The notes under the pieces: generated by a model | Told to the model about the DNA's origin: nothing | The model's database searches: none | What the model saw: the letters and a program-made list of their open reading frames with translations, nothing else | NCBI GenBank assembly: GCA_028701945.1 | Contig: JAQVPT010000001.1 | Coordinates: 1 to 36,980 of the forward strand | Source: Bacteroidales bacterium | GTDB taxonomy: Bacteria; Bacteroidota; Bacteroidia; Bacteroidales; ML635J-15 | DNA: 36,980 nucleotides | Direction of reading: 5' to 3' | Shown here: piece by piece, positions 1-10,621 of the stretch | Layout: the number at the start of each line of letters is the position of its first letter | How positions within the stretch are numbered: position 1 is the stretch's first letter | Made by a program: the position numbers and the translations under genes

Positions 1-1161
1 TTGTCTGCTGCATTAACATCATATTTGTTTATGGGGCAAAATTGTCTGTATTTTGTTGAGACAACAGATGCTTTTATGTTAAAAGATGTCCCATTTTATA
101 TATTGTTTTGCGTGTTATGTGGCTTGCTCTCTGTTTATTTCTCTAAATTGTATCTTTGGATAAATGGAATTTTTAAAAATTGGAAAACTCAGTGGACTAA
201 ATTCGTTTTCTGCATAGTAGTTCTCGGGATCCTCATTTTTTTATTCCCAAGTTTGTATGGCGAAGGTTACGAATCTGTTAACATGGCTCTACAAGGTGAT
301 GTCTCGTATCTTTTTGAAAATACAATTTATGCTGGATGGGATTCATGGCTTGGAATTATTGTAATTCTAAGTTTGGTCATTTTGCTGAAAATTTTTGCTA
401 CTGGAGCTACATTTAATGCTGGAGGAGTTGGAGGGATATTTGCCCCTGCTTTATTCCTTGGAGCTAATCTTGGATTGTTTTTCTCCAAAATATTTAATTC
501 TTTTGGTTTTAAAATATCCGAAGAGAACTTCGCACTAGTTGGTATGGCTGGACTTCTCGCTGGAATTATTCATGCTCCGTTAACTGCAATTTTCCTTATT
601 GCTGAAATTACTGAAGGATATAGTCTCTTTGTTCCATTAATGATTGTTTCTGCAATAGCATATTTTACAGTTAAAATATTTATGCCTAATTCTGTTTATA
701 CGATGATGCTTGCCAAAAGAGGCGACTTGCTTACTCATAATGCTGATAACAACATGTTATCAATGTTACGTATGGAAAATCTTATTGAGAAAAATTTTCA
801 TACTCTTAATGAAGATTCTAACTTGCGATCTTTAGTTGAGGTTATTAAACACTCTAATCGTAATGTTTATGTAGTTATCGATGAGCAAAAAAACCTTAAA
901 GGGCTCGTATTTCTTGACCATGTGCGTCATATGATATTTAATACCGAATATTACGATTCAGTATTTGTTAAAGATTTAATGTATATGCCTAAAAGTATTG
1001 TGGAATTAAATATGAGTGTTAAAGAGGTTGCAGAGATATTCGAAAAGTCTGAGGATTATAATTTGCCAGTTGTTGATGATGGTAAATATGTTGGATTTGT
1101 TAGCCGTGCAAAAGTCTTTTCAAAATATAGACAAATGTTAAAGCAGTTTTCAAGTGATTAA
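1..1161 (+). CDS. ClC-family voltage-gated chloride channel, C-terminal part with a CBS-domain pair (5' end lies outside the window)
   Basis: The frame is open from base 1. The translation has multiple hydrophobic helices and ClC-type segments (GGVGGIFAPALFLGA, GIIHAPLTAIFLIAEIT). A soluble CBS-pair-like tail follows (NVYVVIDEQKNLKGLV..., NLPVVDDGKYVGFVSR). Confidence 0.8.
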   Translation: MSAALTSYLFMGQNCLYFVETTDAFMLKDVPFYILFCVLCGLLSVYFSKLYLWINGIFKNWKTQWTKFVFCIVVLGILIFLFPSLYGEGYESVNMALQGDVSYLFENTIYAGWDSWLGIIVILSLVILLKIFATGATFNAGGVGGIFAPALFLGANLGLFFSKIFNSFGFKISEENFALVGMAGLLAGIIHAPLTAIFLIAEITEGYSLFVPLMIVSAIAYFTVKIFMPNSVYTMMLAKRGDLLTHNADNNMLSMLRMENLIEKNFHTLNEDSNLRSLVEVIKHSNRNVYVVIDEQKNLKGLVFLDHVRHMIFNTEYYDSVFVKDLMYMPKSIVELNMSVKEVAEIFEKSEDYNLPVVDDGKYVGFVSRAKVFSKYRQMLKQFSSD

Positions 1162-2135
1162 ACAATCCCTTCACGCATTAAATCGTGAAGATGAATCATT
1201 CCTGCGTATTTGTCCTTTTTAGTAACAATAACTTGTGTAATATTATTTTCACGTATTATTCTTAAAGCATTAACTGCAAGCTCTCCTGTTTGTATTGTCT
1301 TAGGACTTGCCGACATAATTTTACCAGCCGTTAAATTTGTAATTTCATTTCCAAACTTTACAAGCATGCGTCTAAGGTCACCATCTGTAATAACCCCAAC
1401 CACTGAGTTATTGCTATCGACAACCGCCGCTGCACCAAGTCTTTTACTAGTTATTTCTGTGATAATGCTAGTTAAATTATCGTTTTCGTAAACTTTGGGT
1501 GTTTCGTTAAGTTTGATAATGTCATCAACTTTAAGATAAAGTTTTTTACCCAATGAACCACCAGGATGAAATTTAGCAAAATCGTTAGAAGTAAATCCAC
1601 GGTTTTCTAGAAGTGCAATTGTTAAAGCATCACCAATTACTAGTTGTGCAGTAGTGCTCGAAGTTGGTGCAAGATTATTAGGACATGCTTCAGCATCTAC
1701 ACTAGCTCGTAAAATGAAATCAGCCGATTTTGCCAAAAAAGAATCAATGTCAGATACCAAGGCGATAACTATATTGCCATTATTCTTTATTAATGGTATT
1801 AAAACTTTAATCTCAGGAGTATTACCACTTTTCGATATACACATAACAATATCGTCTGCTTGCACAATTCCAAGATCACCATGTATGGCATCGGCAGCAT
1901 GCATAAATATTGATGGGGTGCCCGTCGAATTTAAGCTAGCAACAATTTTCATTGCAATGTTTGCACTTTTTCCAATTCCTGTTACAATTACTCGCCCTTT
2001 GGAGTCCGAAATTGCATTAACTACATTTGCAAAACTTTCGTCAATGTAATTTACTAAATTTGAAACTGACTTTGCTTCGGCCTCTATAGTTTTTTTTCCT
2101 GTCTCAATAATTTTTTGTGTATTTAAACTCAACAT
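1158..2135 (-). CDS. kdsD: KpsF/GutQ-family arabinose-5-phosphate isomerase (SIS domain plus CBS pair)
   Basis: 325-aa ORF. It has the SIS motif (VIVTGIGKSANIAMKIVASLNSTGTPS), GNTPE, and C-terminal CBS repeats (AAAVVDSNNSVVGVITDGDLRR, QVIVTKKDKYAGMIHLHDL). Confidence 0.85.
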   Translation of the reverse strand: MLSLNTQKIIETGKKTIEAEAKSVSNLVNYIDESFANVVNAISDSKGRVIVTGIGKSANIAMKIVASLNSTGTPSIFMHAADAIHGDLGIVQADDIVMCISKSGNTPEIKVLIPLIKNNGNIVIALVSDIDSFLAKSADFILRASVDAEACPNNLAPTSSTTAQLVIGDALTIALLENRGFTSNDFAKFHPGGSLGKKLYLKVDDIIKLNETPKVYENDNLTSIITEITSKRLGAAAVVDSNNSVVGVITDGDLRRMLVKFGNEITNLTAGKIMSASPKTIQTGELAVNALRIIRENNITQVIVTKKDKYAGMIHLHDLMREGIV

Positions 2136-2251
2136 GTTGTTTTTTTGTGCTAATTTAGTATTAATTTACATTTTAACGTTTTATTTAGGATTTTATTTGT
2201 ATTTTTATACAGCCTAATACTAAAATCATTTTAATAATAAGAAAATAATCT

Positions 2252-2259
2252 TATTTTTG
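2252..2259 (+). promoter_or_regulatory. Candidate Bacteroidota sigma-A -7 box (TAttTTTG) upstream of recQ
   Basis: Exact match to TAnnTTTG, 34 bp upstream of the ATG at 2293. I saw no clear -33 TTTG. Confidence 0.35.
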
Positions 2260-2292
2260 AAATAATAAGGAATTACATTTTTTAAAATAATA

Positions 2293-4476
2293 ATGGACAA
2301 CAACGAACAAAAAATATTAGACCTTTTAAAAAGGTATTTTGGATTTGATACTTTTAAAGGACAGCAAAAAGAAGTAATCTTAAGTTTACTTAACGGGAAT
2401 GACAGTTTCGTACTTATGCCAACTGGTGGTGGAAAATCGCTTTGTTATCAATTGCCAGCTTTAATGTTGGAAGGAACAGCAATAATTATATCTCCATTAA
2501 TTGCTTTAATGAAGAACCAAGTTGATTCGATGCGAGGGTTTTCTACTGATAGTGGTGTAGCACATTTTTTAAACTCATCATTAAATAAAACAGAGATAAA
2601 TCAGGTAAAAGAGGATATATTGAACGGAAAAACTAAACTTTTATATGTAGCACCAGAATCTCTTACTAAAGAGGATAATGTCGATTTTTTAAAAAAATTT
2701 AAAATATCTTTTTTTGCAGTAGATGAAGCTCATTGTATTTCGGAATGGGGCCATGACTTTAGACCTGAGTACAGGCGTATTAGACCCATTGTTAATGAAA
2801 TAGGTAGAGCTCCATTAATGGCACTTACTGCAACTGCTACGCCGAAAGTCCAACACGACATTCAGAAAAACCTTGATATGCTTGATGCTCAAGAGTTTAA
2901 AGCATCATTTAGACGACATAATCTTTATTATGAAGTTAGACCAAAAGTTAAGGCATCAAAGGAGATTATTAGATACATTAAAAATAATGCTGGAAAATCG
3001 GGCATTATTTATTGCTTAAGCAGAAAAAAAGTCGAAGAACTTGCCGAGATGTTGGTTGTTAATGATATTAAAGCTCTTGCTTATCATGCTGGTATGGACA
3101 CGCAAACACGTTCACGTAATCAGGATATGTTCTTGCACGAAGAAGTAGATGTTATTGTTGCAACAATTGCTTTTGGTATGGGAATAGATAAACCTGATGT
3201 CAGGTTTGTAATTCACTATAATATCCCTAAAAGTCTCGAGGGTTATTATCAAGAAACTGGACGTGCTGGACGTGATGGCGGGGAAGGTAAATGTATTACT
3301 TTTTATAGTTATGATGATATTCAAAAACTCGAAAAGTTTATGCAGAATAAACCGGTTAACGAACAGGAAATCGGAAAACAGTTGCTTTTCGAAACCGTTT
3401 CTTACGCCGAATCTAGCGTTTGTCGTGTAAAACAACTTTTGAATTATTTTGGCGAGGAAATGCTTGAAGATTGCGGAAACTGTGATAATTGTCTTAACCC
3501 TAAACCAAAGTTCGAAGGAAAAGACGATATCTTAACGATTCTTAACACAATTGCACGTGTTAAAGAAAGATTTAAAGCAGATCATATTGTTAATATATTG
3601 ACAGGTAAAAAAACTGCTGAAGTTGCAACATATAAACATCAGGAACTAGATGAATTCGGATCGGGTGGTGAAGTAAATTCACGCCATTGGAAAGCTGTTA
3701 TTCGGCAAATGCTGATAAACCAATTTATAGAAAAAGAAATTGTAAATTATGGTTTGCTCAAAATTACTGACAAAGGCAGAGAATATATTGAAAATCCATT
3801 TAGTTTAATGTTGACAAAAGACCATAATTACGAAGACGGAGACTCTGAAGGTGATGTCGGATTTGGCGGCGGTTCTGCTACTGATACGGTTTTATTCGCA
3901 ATGCTTAAGGATTTGAGAAAGTCAACTGCTAAGAAATTAAATTTACCACCATTTGTTATCTTTAGCGACCCCTCTTTACAAGATATGGCAATACAATATC
4001 CAATAACAATGGAAGAACTTACTATGGTCTCTGGTGTTGGACAAGGAAAAGCTCAAAAGTATGGAAAAGAATTTGTAGAACTTATCAATAAACACGTTGA
4101 GGAAAACGAAATTGAAAGACCTCAGGATTTTGTCGTGAAATCTGTTGTGAACAAATCAACAAATAAAGTTTTTATTATCAAAAATATTGATAGAAAAATG
4201 CCACTTGACGAAATATGCAATGCAACAGGTCTCGAAATGCCCGAACTCCTTGATGAAATTGAAGCTATTGTTAATTCAGGAACAAAGTTAAATATTAATT
4301 ACTATTTAGTTTCAATACTTGATGATGATGTGGTTGAAGATATTTATTTGTACTTTAGAGAAGATGCTAAAACCGATTCTATTGATGAAGCGATGGAAGA
4401 GCTTTCTGACACTGGATATAGCGAAGAAGAAATTAGATTGGTACGGATAAAGTTTATCTCTGAAATGGGAAACTAA
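2293..4476 (+). CDS. recQ: ATP-dependent DNA helicase RecQ
   Basis: 727 aa. Helicase motifs are present (LMPTGGGKSLCYQLPA, DEAHCISEWGHDFRPEY, LTATAT, FGMGIDKPDVRFVIHY, QETGRAGRDG). It also has the RQC zinc-binding cysteines (CGNCDNC) and a C-terminal HRDC-like region. Confidence 0.95.
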   Translation: MDNNEQKILDLLKRYFGFDTFKGQQKEVILSLLNGNDSFVLMPTGGGKSLCYQLPALMLEGTAIIISPLIALMKNQVDSMRGFSTDSGVAHFLNSSLNKTEINQVKEDILNGKTKLLYVAPESLTKEDNVDFLKKFKISFFAVDEAHCISEWGHDFRPEYRRIRPIVNEIGRAPLMALTATATPKVQHDIQKNLDMLDAQEFKASFRRHNLYYEVRPKVKASKEIIRYIKNNAGKSGIIYCLSRKKVEELAEMLVVNDIKALAYHAGMDTQTRSRNQDMFLHEEVDVIVATIAFGMGIDKPDVRFVIHYNIPKSLEGYYQETGRAGRDGGEGKCITFYSYDDIQKLEKFMQNKPVNEQEIGKQLLFETVSYAESSVCRVKQLLNYFGEEMLEDCGNCDNCLNPKPKFEGKDDILTILNTIARVKERFKADHIVNILTGKKTAEVATYKHQELDEFGSGGEVNSRHWKAVIRQMLINQFIEKEIVNYGLLKITDKGREYIENPFSLMLTKDHNYEDGDSEGDVGFGGGSATDTVLFAMLKDLRKSTAKKLNLPPFVIFSDPSLQDMAIQYPITMEELTMVSGVGQGKAQKYGKEFVELINKHVEENEIERPQDFVVKSVVNKSTNKVFIIKNIDRKMPLDEICNATGLEMPELLDEIEAIVNSGTKLNINYYLVSILDDDVVEDIYLYFREDAKTDSIDEAMEELSDTGYSEEEIRLVRIKFISEMGN

Positions 4477-4559
4477 GACGATAATACAGTAATGGGTAAT
4501 CAGAATTTAAAAACCTGAAATGTTTTTGCAAAAACCTGAGGAAATTAAAAAGAACTTAT

Positions 4560-4567
4560 TAAATTTG
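4560..4567 (+). promoter_or_regulatory. Candidate -7 box (TAaaTTTG) upstream of the small lipoprotein gene
   Basis: Exact TAnnTTTG match, 83 bp upstream of the ATG at 4650. Confidence 0.3.
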
Positions 4568-4649
4568 CAATTGAAAATAATCAACTTACATCAACAAGCT
4601 TGTGAAACTTGACAATTAATTATATATTAACTAAATTAAATCTATTATT

Positions 4650-5084
4650 ATGAAAAAACTAACTATTATTTTAACCATTGTTGCAGCAACTGCAATGATT
4701 TTCTCATCTTGTGGTAAATATGAAGAAGGACCAGCGGTATCAATACTTACAAAAAAAGCACGAGTTACTGGGACATGGAAAATGACAGAAATTACAACTA
4801 ACGGTGTTGTGTACACTCAAAACGATAATGAAACATGGACTTTTAAAAGAGACGGAACAGGCAATTACACCGAAACCGATGGTGCATACTCTGAATCTAC
4901 TATCTTCGAATGGGAATTTAACGATGCAAAAGAATCAATAATAGTAACAGTAACTTACGATAACACATTTCACCTAACAGAATGGAAAATAGCCAGACTC
5001 ACAAACAAAGAACTCTGGATAACAGACACAGAAACCTATGGCGGATTTGTATATGAAACTATCACAAAATTTGAAAAAGAATAA
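4650..5084 (+). CDS. Small lipoprotein, lipocalin-like fold suspected
   Basis: 144 aa. A signal peptide ends in a lipobox-like FSSC. TGTWKMTE... is typical of small Bacteroidota lipocalin-like lipoproteins. A strong terminator follows. Confidence 0.6.
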   Translation: MKKLTIILTIVAATAMIFSSCGKYEEGPAVSILTKKARVTGTWKMTEITTNGVVYTQNDNETWTFKRDGTGNYTETDGAYSESTIFEWEFNDAKESIIVTVTYDNTFHLTEWKIARLTNKELWITDTETYGGFVYETITKFEKE

Positions 5085-5110
5085 TTAAACTCTTCAAATT
5101 TATTTATTTT

Positions 5111-5138
5111 AAAGCCTGCCTAAAGCAGGCTTTTTTGT
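5111..5138 (+). terminator. Rho-independent terminator after the lipoprotein gene
   Basis: aaagcctgc / gcaggcttt 9-bp stem, 5-nt loop, then a T-run (ttttttg). Confidence 0.8.
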
Positions 5139-5294
5139 TTGAGAGTAATGCCAATATTCACATAAAAACGCTGACAGAAAACTATAATTTTATGAAAATT
5201 GTTGTCCCGAATAATTATTATCCTAAATCTCATTTTTTTATTTATATCTTTTTCATAACTTTATACCCTGAAAATTATATAAAATAAAATAAAA

Positions 5295-7307
5295 ATGTTA
5301 GGAAAAGACGAATTCAAAAACCTCATCTCGCAAGGTATCCCCGATGTTTTACCTGCACCAGCAAAATATGACGAAACGATTAATCACGCTCCCATTAAGA
5401 AGCAAATATTGAGCACCGAAGAAAAAAAACTAGCTTTACGTAATGCTCTAAGATATTTTCCTCAAAAGTTCCACGCAGAACTTGCCAAAGAATTTAAGTA
5501 TGAATTAGACAAATTTGGTCGTATTTACATGTATAGATTCCGTCCTACTTACGAAATTACAGCTAAAGATATTAGTTGGTTTCCACACAAAACAGTTCAG
5601 GCAGCAGCAATTATGCTTATGATATCCAATAATTTGGATTATGCAGTTGCTCAACATCCCCACGAACTGATAACTTATGGTGGGAATGGTGCGGTTTTTC
5701 AAAACTGGGCTCAATATCTATTAACAATGAAGTACTTATCAGAAATGACTGATGAGCAGACACTTGTTATATCATCAGGACATGCAATGGGATTATTCCC
5801 ATCACATAAAGATGCCCCACGAGTAGTTGTTACAAACGGGATGATGATACCTAATTACTCAAAACCCGATGATTGGGAAAAATATAACGCACTTGGTGTT
5901 ACTCAATACGGTCAAATGACTGCAGGATCATATATGTACATTGGACCGCAAGGAATTGTACACGGAACAACAATTACAGTTCTTAACGCAAGTCGGAAAA
6001 TAAGCAAAAATAACGAAGGTCCAGAAGGAAAACTATTCATAACCTCTGGACTTGGTGGCATGAGTGGAGCACAACCAAAAGCTGCAAACATTGCTGGCGT
6101 TGTTAGTATTTCTGCCGAAATAAATCCAAAAGCAGCCTATAAACGTTTTGAGCAAGGCTGGGTTGACGAAATAGTTGATGATGTTGATAAAGCAATTGAT
6201 TCTGCAATTGAATGGCAAAATAAAAAACAACCACACTCAATAGCATATCTTGGTAATATTGTTGACCTATGGGAAAGACTTGCAGCAAGAAAAATAAAAG
6301 TTGATCTTGGTAGCGACCAAACTTCACTACATAACCCTTGGGCTGGAGGATATTACCCTGCTGGTTTATCTTATGAAGAAGCCAATAAAATGATGTCAAA
6401 AGACACTGAATTATTCAAAGAAAAAGTGTACGAATCATTACGCAGGCAAGTTGATGCAATAAATACTCTTACTGCAAACGGCATGTACTTTTTTGACTAT
6501 GGCAACGCATTTTTGCTTGAAAGCTCACGAGCAGGTGCCAACATTATGGCAAAAAACGGCATTGACTTCAGATATCCATCTTATGTTCAAGATATTATGG
6601 GACCAATGTGTTTCGATTACGGATTCGGACCATTTAGATGGGTTTGCACTTCAAGCGATCCTGCCGATCTTGAGCTTACCGATAATATTGCAATGAATGT
6701 TCTAAAAGAAATAGCGATAACTGCTCCCAAAGAAATATCGCAACAAATGCAAGATAACATAAAATGGATAAGCGAAGCCAAAGCCAACAAATTAGTTGTA
6801 GGCTCACAAGCTCGTATTCTATATGCAGATGCCGAAGGAAGAATAAAAATTGCAACAGCGTTTAATGAAGCAATAAAATCAGGAAAGCTAAAAGCACCTG
6901 TAGTTCTTGGACGCGATCATCACGACGTTTCAGGCACCGATTCGCCCTTCCGAGAAACATCAAACATATACGATGGAAGCAAATTTACTGCCGACATGGC
7001 TATTCAAAACGTAATTGGCGATGCATTTAGAGGAGCAACTTGGGTGTCGATACACAATGGTGGAGGCGTTGGATGGGGCGAAGTAATTAATGGTGGCTTC
7101 GGAATGGTACTAGATGGCTCATCAGACTCAGAAAGAAGACTAAAGATGATGCTGTATTGGGATGTAAACAATGGTATCAGCCGCCGAAATTGGGCAAGAA
7201 ATGAAGGAGCTATTTTCGCAGCTAAAAGAGCTATGGAACAAAATCCACAACTTAAAATCACAATCCCACAAATAGCAGAAGACAATATCATTAACGAATT
7301 ATTCTAA
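5295..7307 (+). CDS. hutU: Urocanate hydratase
   Basis: 670 aa. Long-form HutU signatures run throughout (ELITYGGNGAVFQNW, GQMTAGSYMYIGPQGIVHGT, SGLGGMSGAQPKA, GRDHHDVSGTDSPFRETSN, IHNGGGVGWGE). Confidence 0.95.
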   Translation: MLGKDEFKNLISQGIPDVLPAPAKYDETINHAPIKKQILSTEEKKLALRNALRYFPQKFHAELAKEFKYELDKFGRIYMYRFRPTYEITAKDISWFPHKTVQAAAIMLMISNNLDYAVAQHPHELITYGGNGAVFQNWAQYLLTMKYLSEMTDEQTLVISSGHAMGLFPSHKDAPRVVVTNGMMIPNYSKPDDWEKYNALGVTQYGQMTAGSYMYIGPQGIVHGTTITVLNASRKISKNNEGPEGKLFITSGLGGMSGAQPKAANIAGVVSISAEINPKAAYKRFEQGWVDEIVDDVDKAIDSAIEWQNKKQPHSIAYLGNIVDLWERLAARKIKVDLGSDQTSLHNPWAGGYYPAGLSYEEANKMMSKDTELFKEKVYESLRRQVDAINTLTANGMYFFDYGNAFLLESSRAGANIMAKNGIDFRYPSYVQDIMGPMCFDYGFGPFRWVCTSSDPADLELTDNIAMNVLKEIAITAPKEISQQMQDNIKWISEAKANKLVVGSQARILYADAEGRIKIATAFNEAIKSGKLKAPVVLGRDHHDVSGTDSPFRETSNIYDGSKFTADMAIQNVIGDAFRGATWVSIHNGGGVGWGEVINGGFGMVLDGSSDSERRLKMMLYWDVNNGISRRNWARNEGAIFAAKRAMEQNPQLKITIPQIAEDNIINELF

Positions 7308-7361
7308 GTAAATCAAAAAACACAAAAAACAGCAATAGGTTTAACAAAGAAATTTAAGATT

Positions 7362-9425
7362 ATGACAGCAAAAAACATTTTACCAGTTTTAACGATTTTG
7401 ATAATGGCATTCTCATGTACTAATAATCAGCCCAAAACAGATACCGTTGACCAGTTCGATTTTAAAATTTCTGAGGAAACAAAAAATGAAACAATAAGAG
7501 CATTAATGGAAAAGCACTCAGATATAAACTCTTTCAGAATAGAAAAAGGAGTTAATCAAGTTGCTGCATTATGGCAAGATCAAGACGGCGATGTTAATGA
7601 ATTCAAAACTTTTTGCTTAGATAATTTCCTAAGCGATTCATCAGAACTTGAATTAGCGTATAATAAAATTGAAAGAAATTTCGAGATTATTTTTGGATTA
7701 TACAACAGTATGACCATAAAACTAATGGAACCATTGCATCTCGATATGGGCGAAATTCACCACATCGACAACATTATGGGCGCATATTCGCCATCGTCGC
7801 ATCTCACCGAAGATCTTTTTGTAAACAAAATGGCTTTTTATATTGCTCTAAACTTTCCAGCCTACTCTCTTACCGACAAAGCTAAAAAAGCTGAAAAATG
7901 GACACGAAAAGACTGGGCTTATGCCCGTTTGGGCGACATGTTTATCTCGCGTGTTCCGGCTGATATTTTGCAAGATGTCTCAATAGCTTCGACAAACGCA
8001 GATACATATATTGCTGATTATAACATTTATATGGGAAATCTCATAAACGAAAAAATGGAGCAAATATTCCCAAAAGATCTTGTACTTATTACACATTGGG
8101 GACTACGCGACGAACTCAAATCAAACTATAATGCTGAGAATGGTCTTGAGAAACAACGCATGATATACAGTGTAATGCTTAATATTGTTAAACAAACAAT
8201 TCCAAGCGAAGTCATTAATTCGGGAGACTATCTGTGGAATCCCAATACCGCTAAACTATATAAAGATGGTAAGGAACAAAGTTTTTCGGCTGAGCCCTAC
8301 ACAAGATACGAGCATCTGTTACACAACTTCAAAGCACTCTCAGCAATGGATAAATACAATCCTGTTTATCCAACATATATCGAAAGAGCTTATGACGAAT
8401 CAATGGAATTAACACGAGCAGAAATTGAAACTTTATTTATTGAGTTTATCACTTCACCCCAAATTGCGGAAGTTGCAAAACTTATCAAACAACGCCTCGG
8501 AAGAGATTTGGAGCCATTTGATATTTGGTATGACGGTTTTAAAACTCGTACAAATATCAATGAAGAAGAATTAAACAGAATAACTCGCCGTAGATATCCT
8601 AGCCCTGCTGCATTTGAAAACGATATGCCAAGAATGCTTATTGACTTAGGCTGGACACGCGAAAAAGCTAATTATATTGCTAATAAAATAAGCGTAGATC
8701 CTGCACGTGGTGCCGGACATGCCTGGGGTGCAGAAATGAAAGGAGAAAATGCTCATCTTCGTACTCGAGTTCCATCGACAGGTATGGATTACAAAGCTTA
8801 TAATATTGCAACACACGAATTAGGACATAATGTTGAGCAAACTATTACACTTTACGATATCGATTATTATTTACTAAGAGGTGTTCCAAATACAGCCTTT
8901 ACCGAAGCAATAGCTTTCCTTTTCCAAGCTAACGACCTTAAATTACTTGGACAAAGTGCTCCAACAAATAAAGAAGAGACTCAAGCGTATGCCGCCCTTG
9001 ACAATTGCTGGTCAGCATTTGAAATAATGGGTGTTTCCTTGCTTGATATGTATGTATGGCAATGGATGTACGAAAATCCTGATGCAAGCCCCAAAGAATT
9101 ACAGCAAGCCGTAGAAAAAATTGCTGTCGAAGTTTGGAATCTGTATTACTATCCAGTTTTTGGAGTTAAAGACTCTCCTATCCTTGCAATTTATTCGCAC
9201 ATGATAACATCACCATTGTATTTAGCCAATTATCCAGTTGGACACTTGATAGAATTTCAGATAGAGCAATACGTTAAAGACAAACAATTTGCTGATGAAA
9301 TTACTCGTATGCTATTACAAGGACAAATCATCCCTCAAGAATGGATGAAAGGTGCGGTTGGTAGTGAAATATCTGGACGACCTACTTTACAAGCAGTTGA
9401 GAAAGCATTAAAAATTATTAAGTGA
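7362..9425 (+). CDS. Lipoprotein with a gluzincin-type HExxH motif (putative zinc metallopeptidase), family unresolved
   Basis: 687 aa. The signal peptide has a lipobox (MAFSC). It has a single HELGH at ATHELGHNVEQ, with a downstream Glu (TAFTEAIAF) at about the spacing expected for gluzincins. Confidence 0.55.
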   Translation: MTAKNILPVLTILIMAFSCTNNQPKTDTVDQFDFKISEETKNETIRALMEKHSDINSFRIEKGVNQVAALWQDQDGDVNEFKTFCLDNFLSDSSELELAYNKIERNFEIIFGLYNSMTIKLMEPLHLDMGEIHHIDNIMGAYSPSSHLTEDLFVNKMAFYIALNFPAYSLTDKAKKAEKWTRKDWAYARLGDMFISRVPADILQDVSIASTNADTYIADYNIYMGNLINEKMEQIFPKDLVLITHWGLRDELKSNYNAENGLEKQRMIYSVMLNIVKQTIPSEVINSGDYLWNPNTAKLYKDGKEQSFSAEPYTRYEHLLHNFKALSAMDKYNPVYPTYIERAYDESMELTRAEIETLFIEFITSPQIAEVAKLIKQRLGRDLEPFDIWYDGFKTRTNINEEELNRITRRRYPSPAAFENDMPRMLIDLGWTREKANYIANKISVDPARGAGHAWGAEMKGENAHLRTRVPSTGMDYKAYNIATHELGHNVEQTITLYDIDYYLLRGVPNTAFTEAIAFLFQANDLKLLGQSAPTNKEETQAYAALDNCWSAFEIMGVSLLDMYVWQWMYENPDASPKELQQAVEKIAVEVWNLYYYPVFGVKDSPILAIYSHMITSPLYLANYPVGHLIEFQIEQYVKDKQFADEITRMLLQGQIIPQEWMKGAVGSEISGRPTLQAVEKALKIIK

Positions 9426-9470
9426 TAAATGTAAATACAATTATAAAAGTATAGTACCAAGTTTTGACTT

Positions 9471-9510
9471 TTGCATCGGGAGAAAGACATCTGCCGATGC
9501 AATTTATTTG
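9471..9510 (+). terminator. Hairpin terminator after the HExxH lipoprotein gene
   Basis: ttgcatcgg / ccgatgcaa 9-bp stem with a 14-nt loop, followed by tttatttg. Confidence 0.55.
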
Positions 9511-9675
9511 CCACATAAACCCCTCTCAAGACACTCACTACCAAACATATAAAAAAAATACAATATAATAAAAGTGAATAGCGTTCTCAAACCACACAAC
9601 CCGAAAAATAACCGATTAAGCATCGGCTAACTAAAAAAAACAAAAAGAAATTTAACTAATAGTAAGATTTTTTAT

Positions 9676-9683
9676 TACTTTTG
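9676..9683 (+). promoter_or_regulatory. Candidate -7 box (TActTTTG) upstream of the methyltransferase gene
   Basis: Exact TAnnTTTG match, 95 bp upstream of the ATG at 9779. This implies a leader of roughly 90 nt. Confidence 0.35.
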
Positions 9684-9778
9684 CCCGCAATTTCATTGAC
9701 ACACAGTAGTTAGAATATTTATTTACTAATGGCTTTGACATCAAATAAATTATTATCAATTAAAAATATCCTATATAA

Positions 9779-10594
9779 ATGTCGAAAATTGTTGAAAAAT
9801 ACGCAGAACTTCCTAGACCATTAAGAAAACCACTTTGGCAATGGTGGCATAAAAGAATGAACAAATATGACAGTGGAAATATTGCCAATTTCATGAACTA
9901 TGGTTTCGAATACCTAAATGGTGATGCCAGAATACAATTAAAAGATCAGGACGAAACCGACAGATATTGCATACAGCTTTATGACCACGTTGTAAACCGA
10001 GCTGATTTAAAAACAAAAGACGTTCTTGAAGTGGGTGCCGGAAGAGGCGGAGGAGCGTCATACATAACAAGATACTATAAACCCAAAAGCTATACGGGAA
10101 TGGATATTACTAAAAGTAGTATTGATTTCTGTAACAATCACTACAAAGATGTAGAAGGATTAACTTTTAAGTGTGGAAATGCCGAAAAATTACCTTTCGA
10201 GGACAATTCATTTGATTTTGTAGTTAATGTTGAATCTGCGAGATGCTACAACAATCAAGTCGCATTTTTTAATGAAGTCTTTCGTGTATTAAAACCTGAA
10301 GGAAAATTGCTACTTGCCGACATGGTATATCCTGCCGAGATAGAAAACTTACGAAACTTAATGAAAGAATCAGGTTTTAGCACATTACACGAAACAAATA
10401 TTTCAAAAAACGTAGTGTCAGCATTAGAGAAAGACTCCGAAAGAAGAGAAAATCTTATTGACTCAAAAACGCCTAAATACCTAAGGAGCTCTTTTAAAAC
10501 ATTTGCAGGAACCTTAGGAACATCAAGATATAATAATTTCGCTACTGGAGTTTTTCAGTACTGGAGTTTTATTTTGGAAAAAGGAAAAAACTAA
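9779..10594 (+). CDS. Class I SAM-dependent methyltransferase
   Basis: 271 aa. It has SAM-binding motif I (VLEVGAGRGGGA), the post-I acidic residue (GMDIT) and motif II/III regions (FDFVVNVES, LKPEGKLLLAD). Its last 66 nt are the founder copy of the downstream tandem array. Confidence 0.85.
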   Translation: MSKIVEKYAELPRPLRKPLWQWWHKRMNKYDSGNIANFMNYGFEYLNGDARIQLKDQDETDRYCIQLYDHVVNRADLKTKDVLEVGAGRGGGASYITRYYKPKSYTGMDITKSSIDFCNNHYKDVEGLTFKCGNAEKLPFEDNSFDFVVNVESARCYNNQVAFFNEVFRVLKPEGKLLLADMVYPAEIENLRNLMKESGFSTLHETNISKNVVSALEKDSERRENLIDSKTPKYLRSSFKTFAGTLGTSRYNNFATGVFQYWSFILEKGKN

Positions 10595-10621
10595 ATTTAA
10601 ATTACAAAATTATATCGCTAA

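Noticed and set aside
4509-4540. Palindrome gtttttgcaaaaac flanked by the direct repeat aaaacctga, downstream of recQ, as an operator or terminator
   Set aside because: The stem is A/T-only, there is no loop, and no T-tract context follows. Such palindromes are expected by chance in AT-rich intergenic DNA.
9684-9778. Riboswitch or structured leader upstream of the methyltransferase gene
   Set aside because: The roughly 90-nt putative leader is AT-rich. I found no convincing conserved helices or known riboswitch motifs by eye. A covariance-model scan would be needed to say more.
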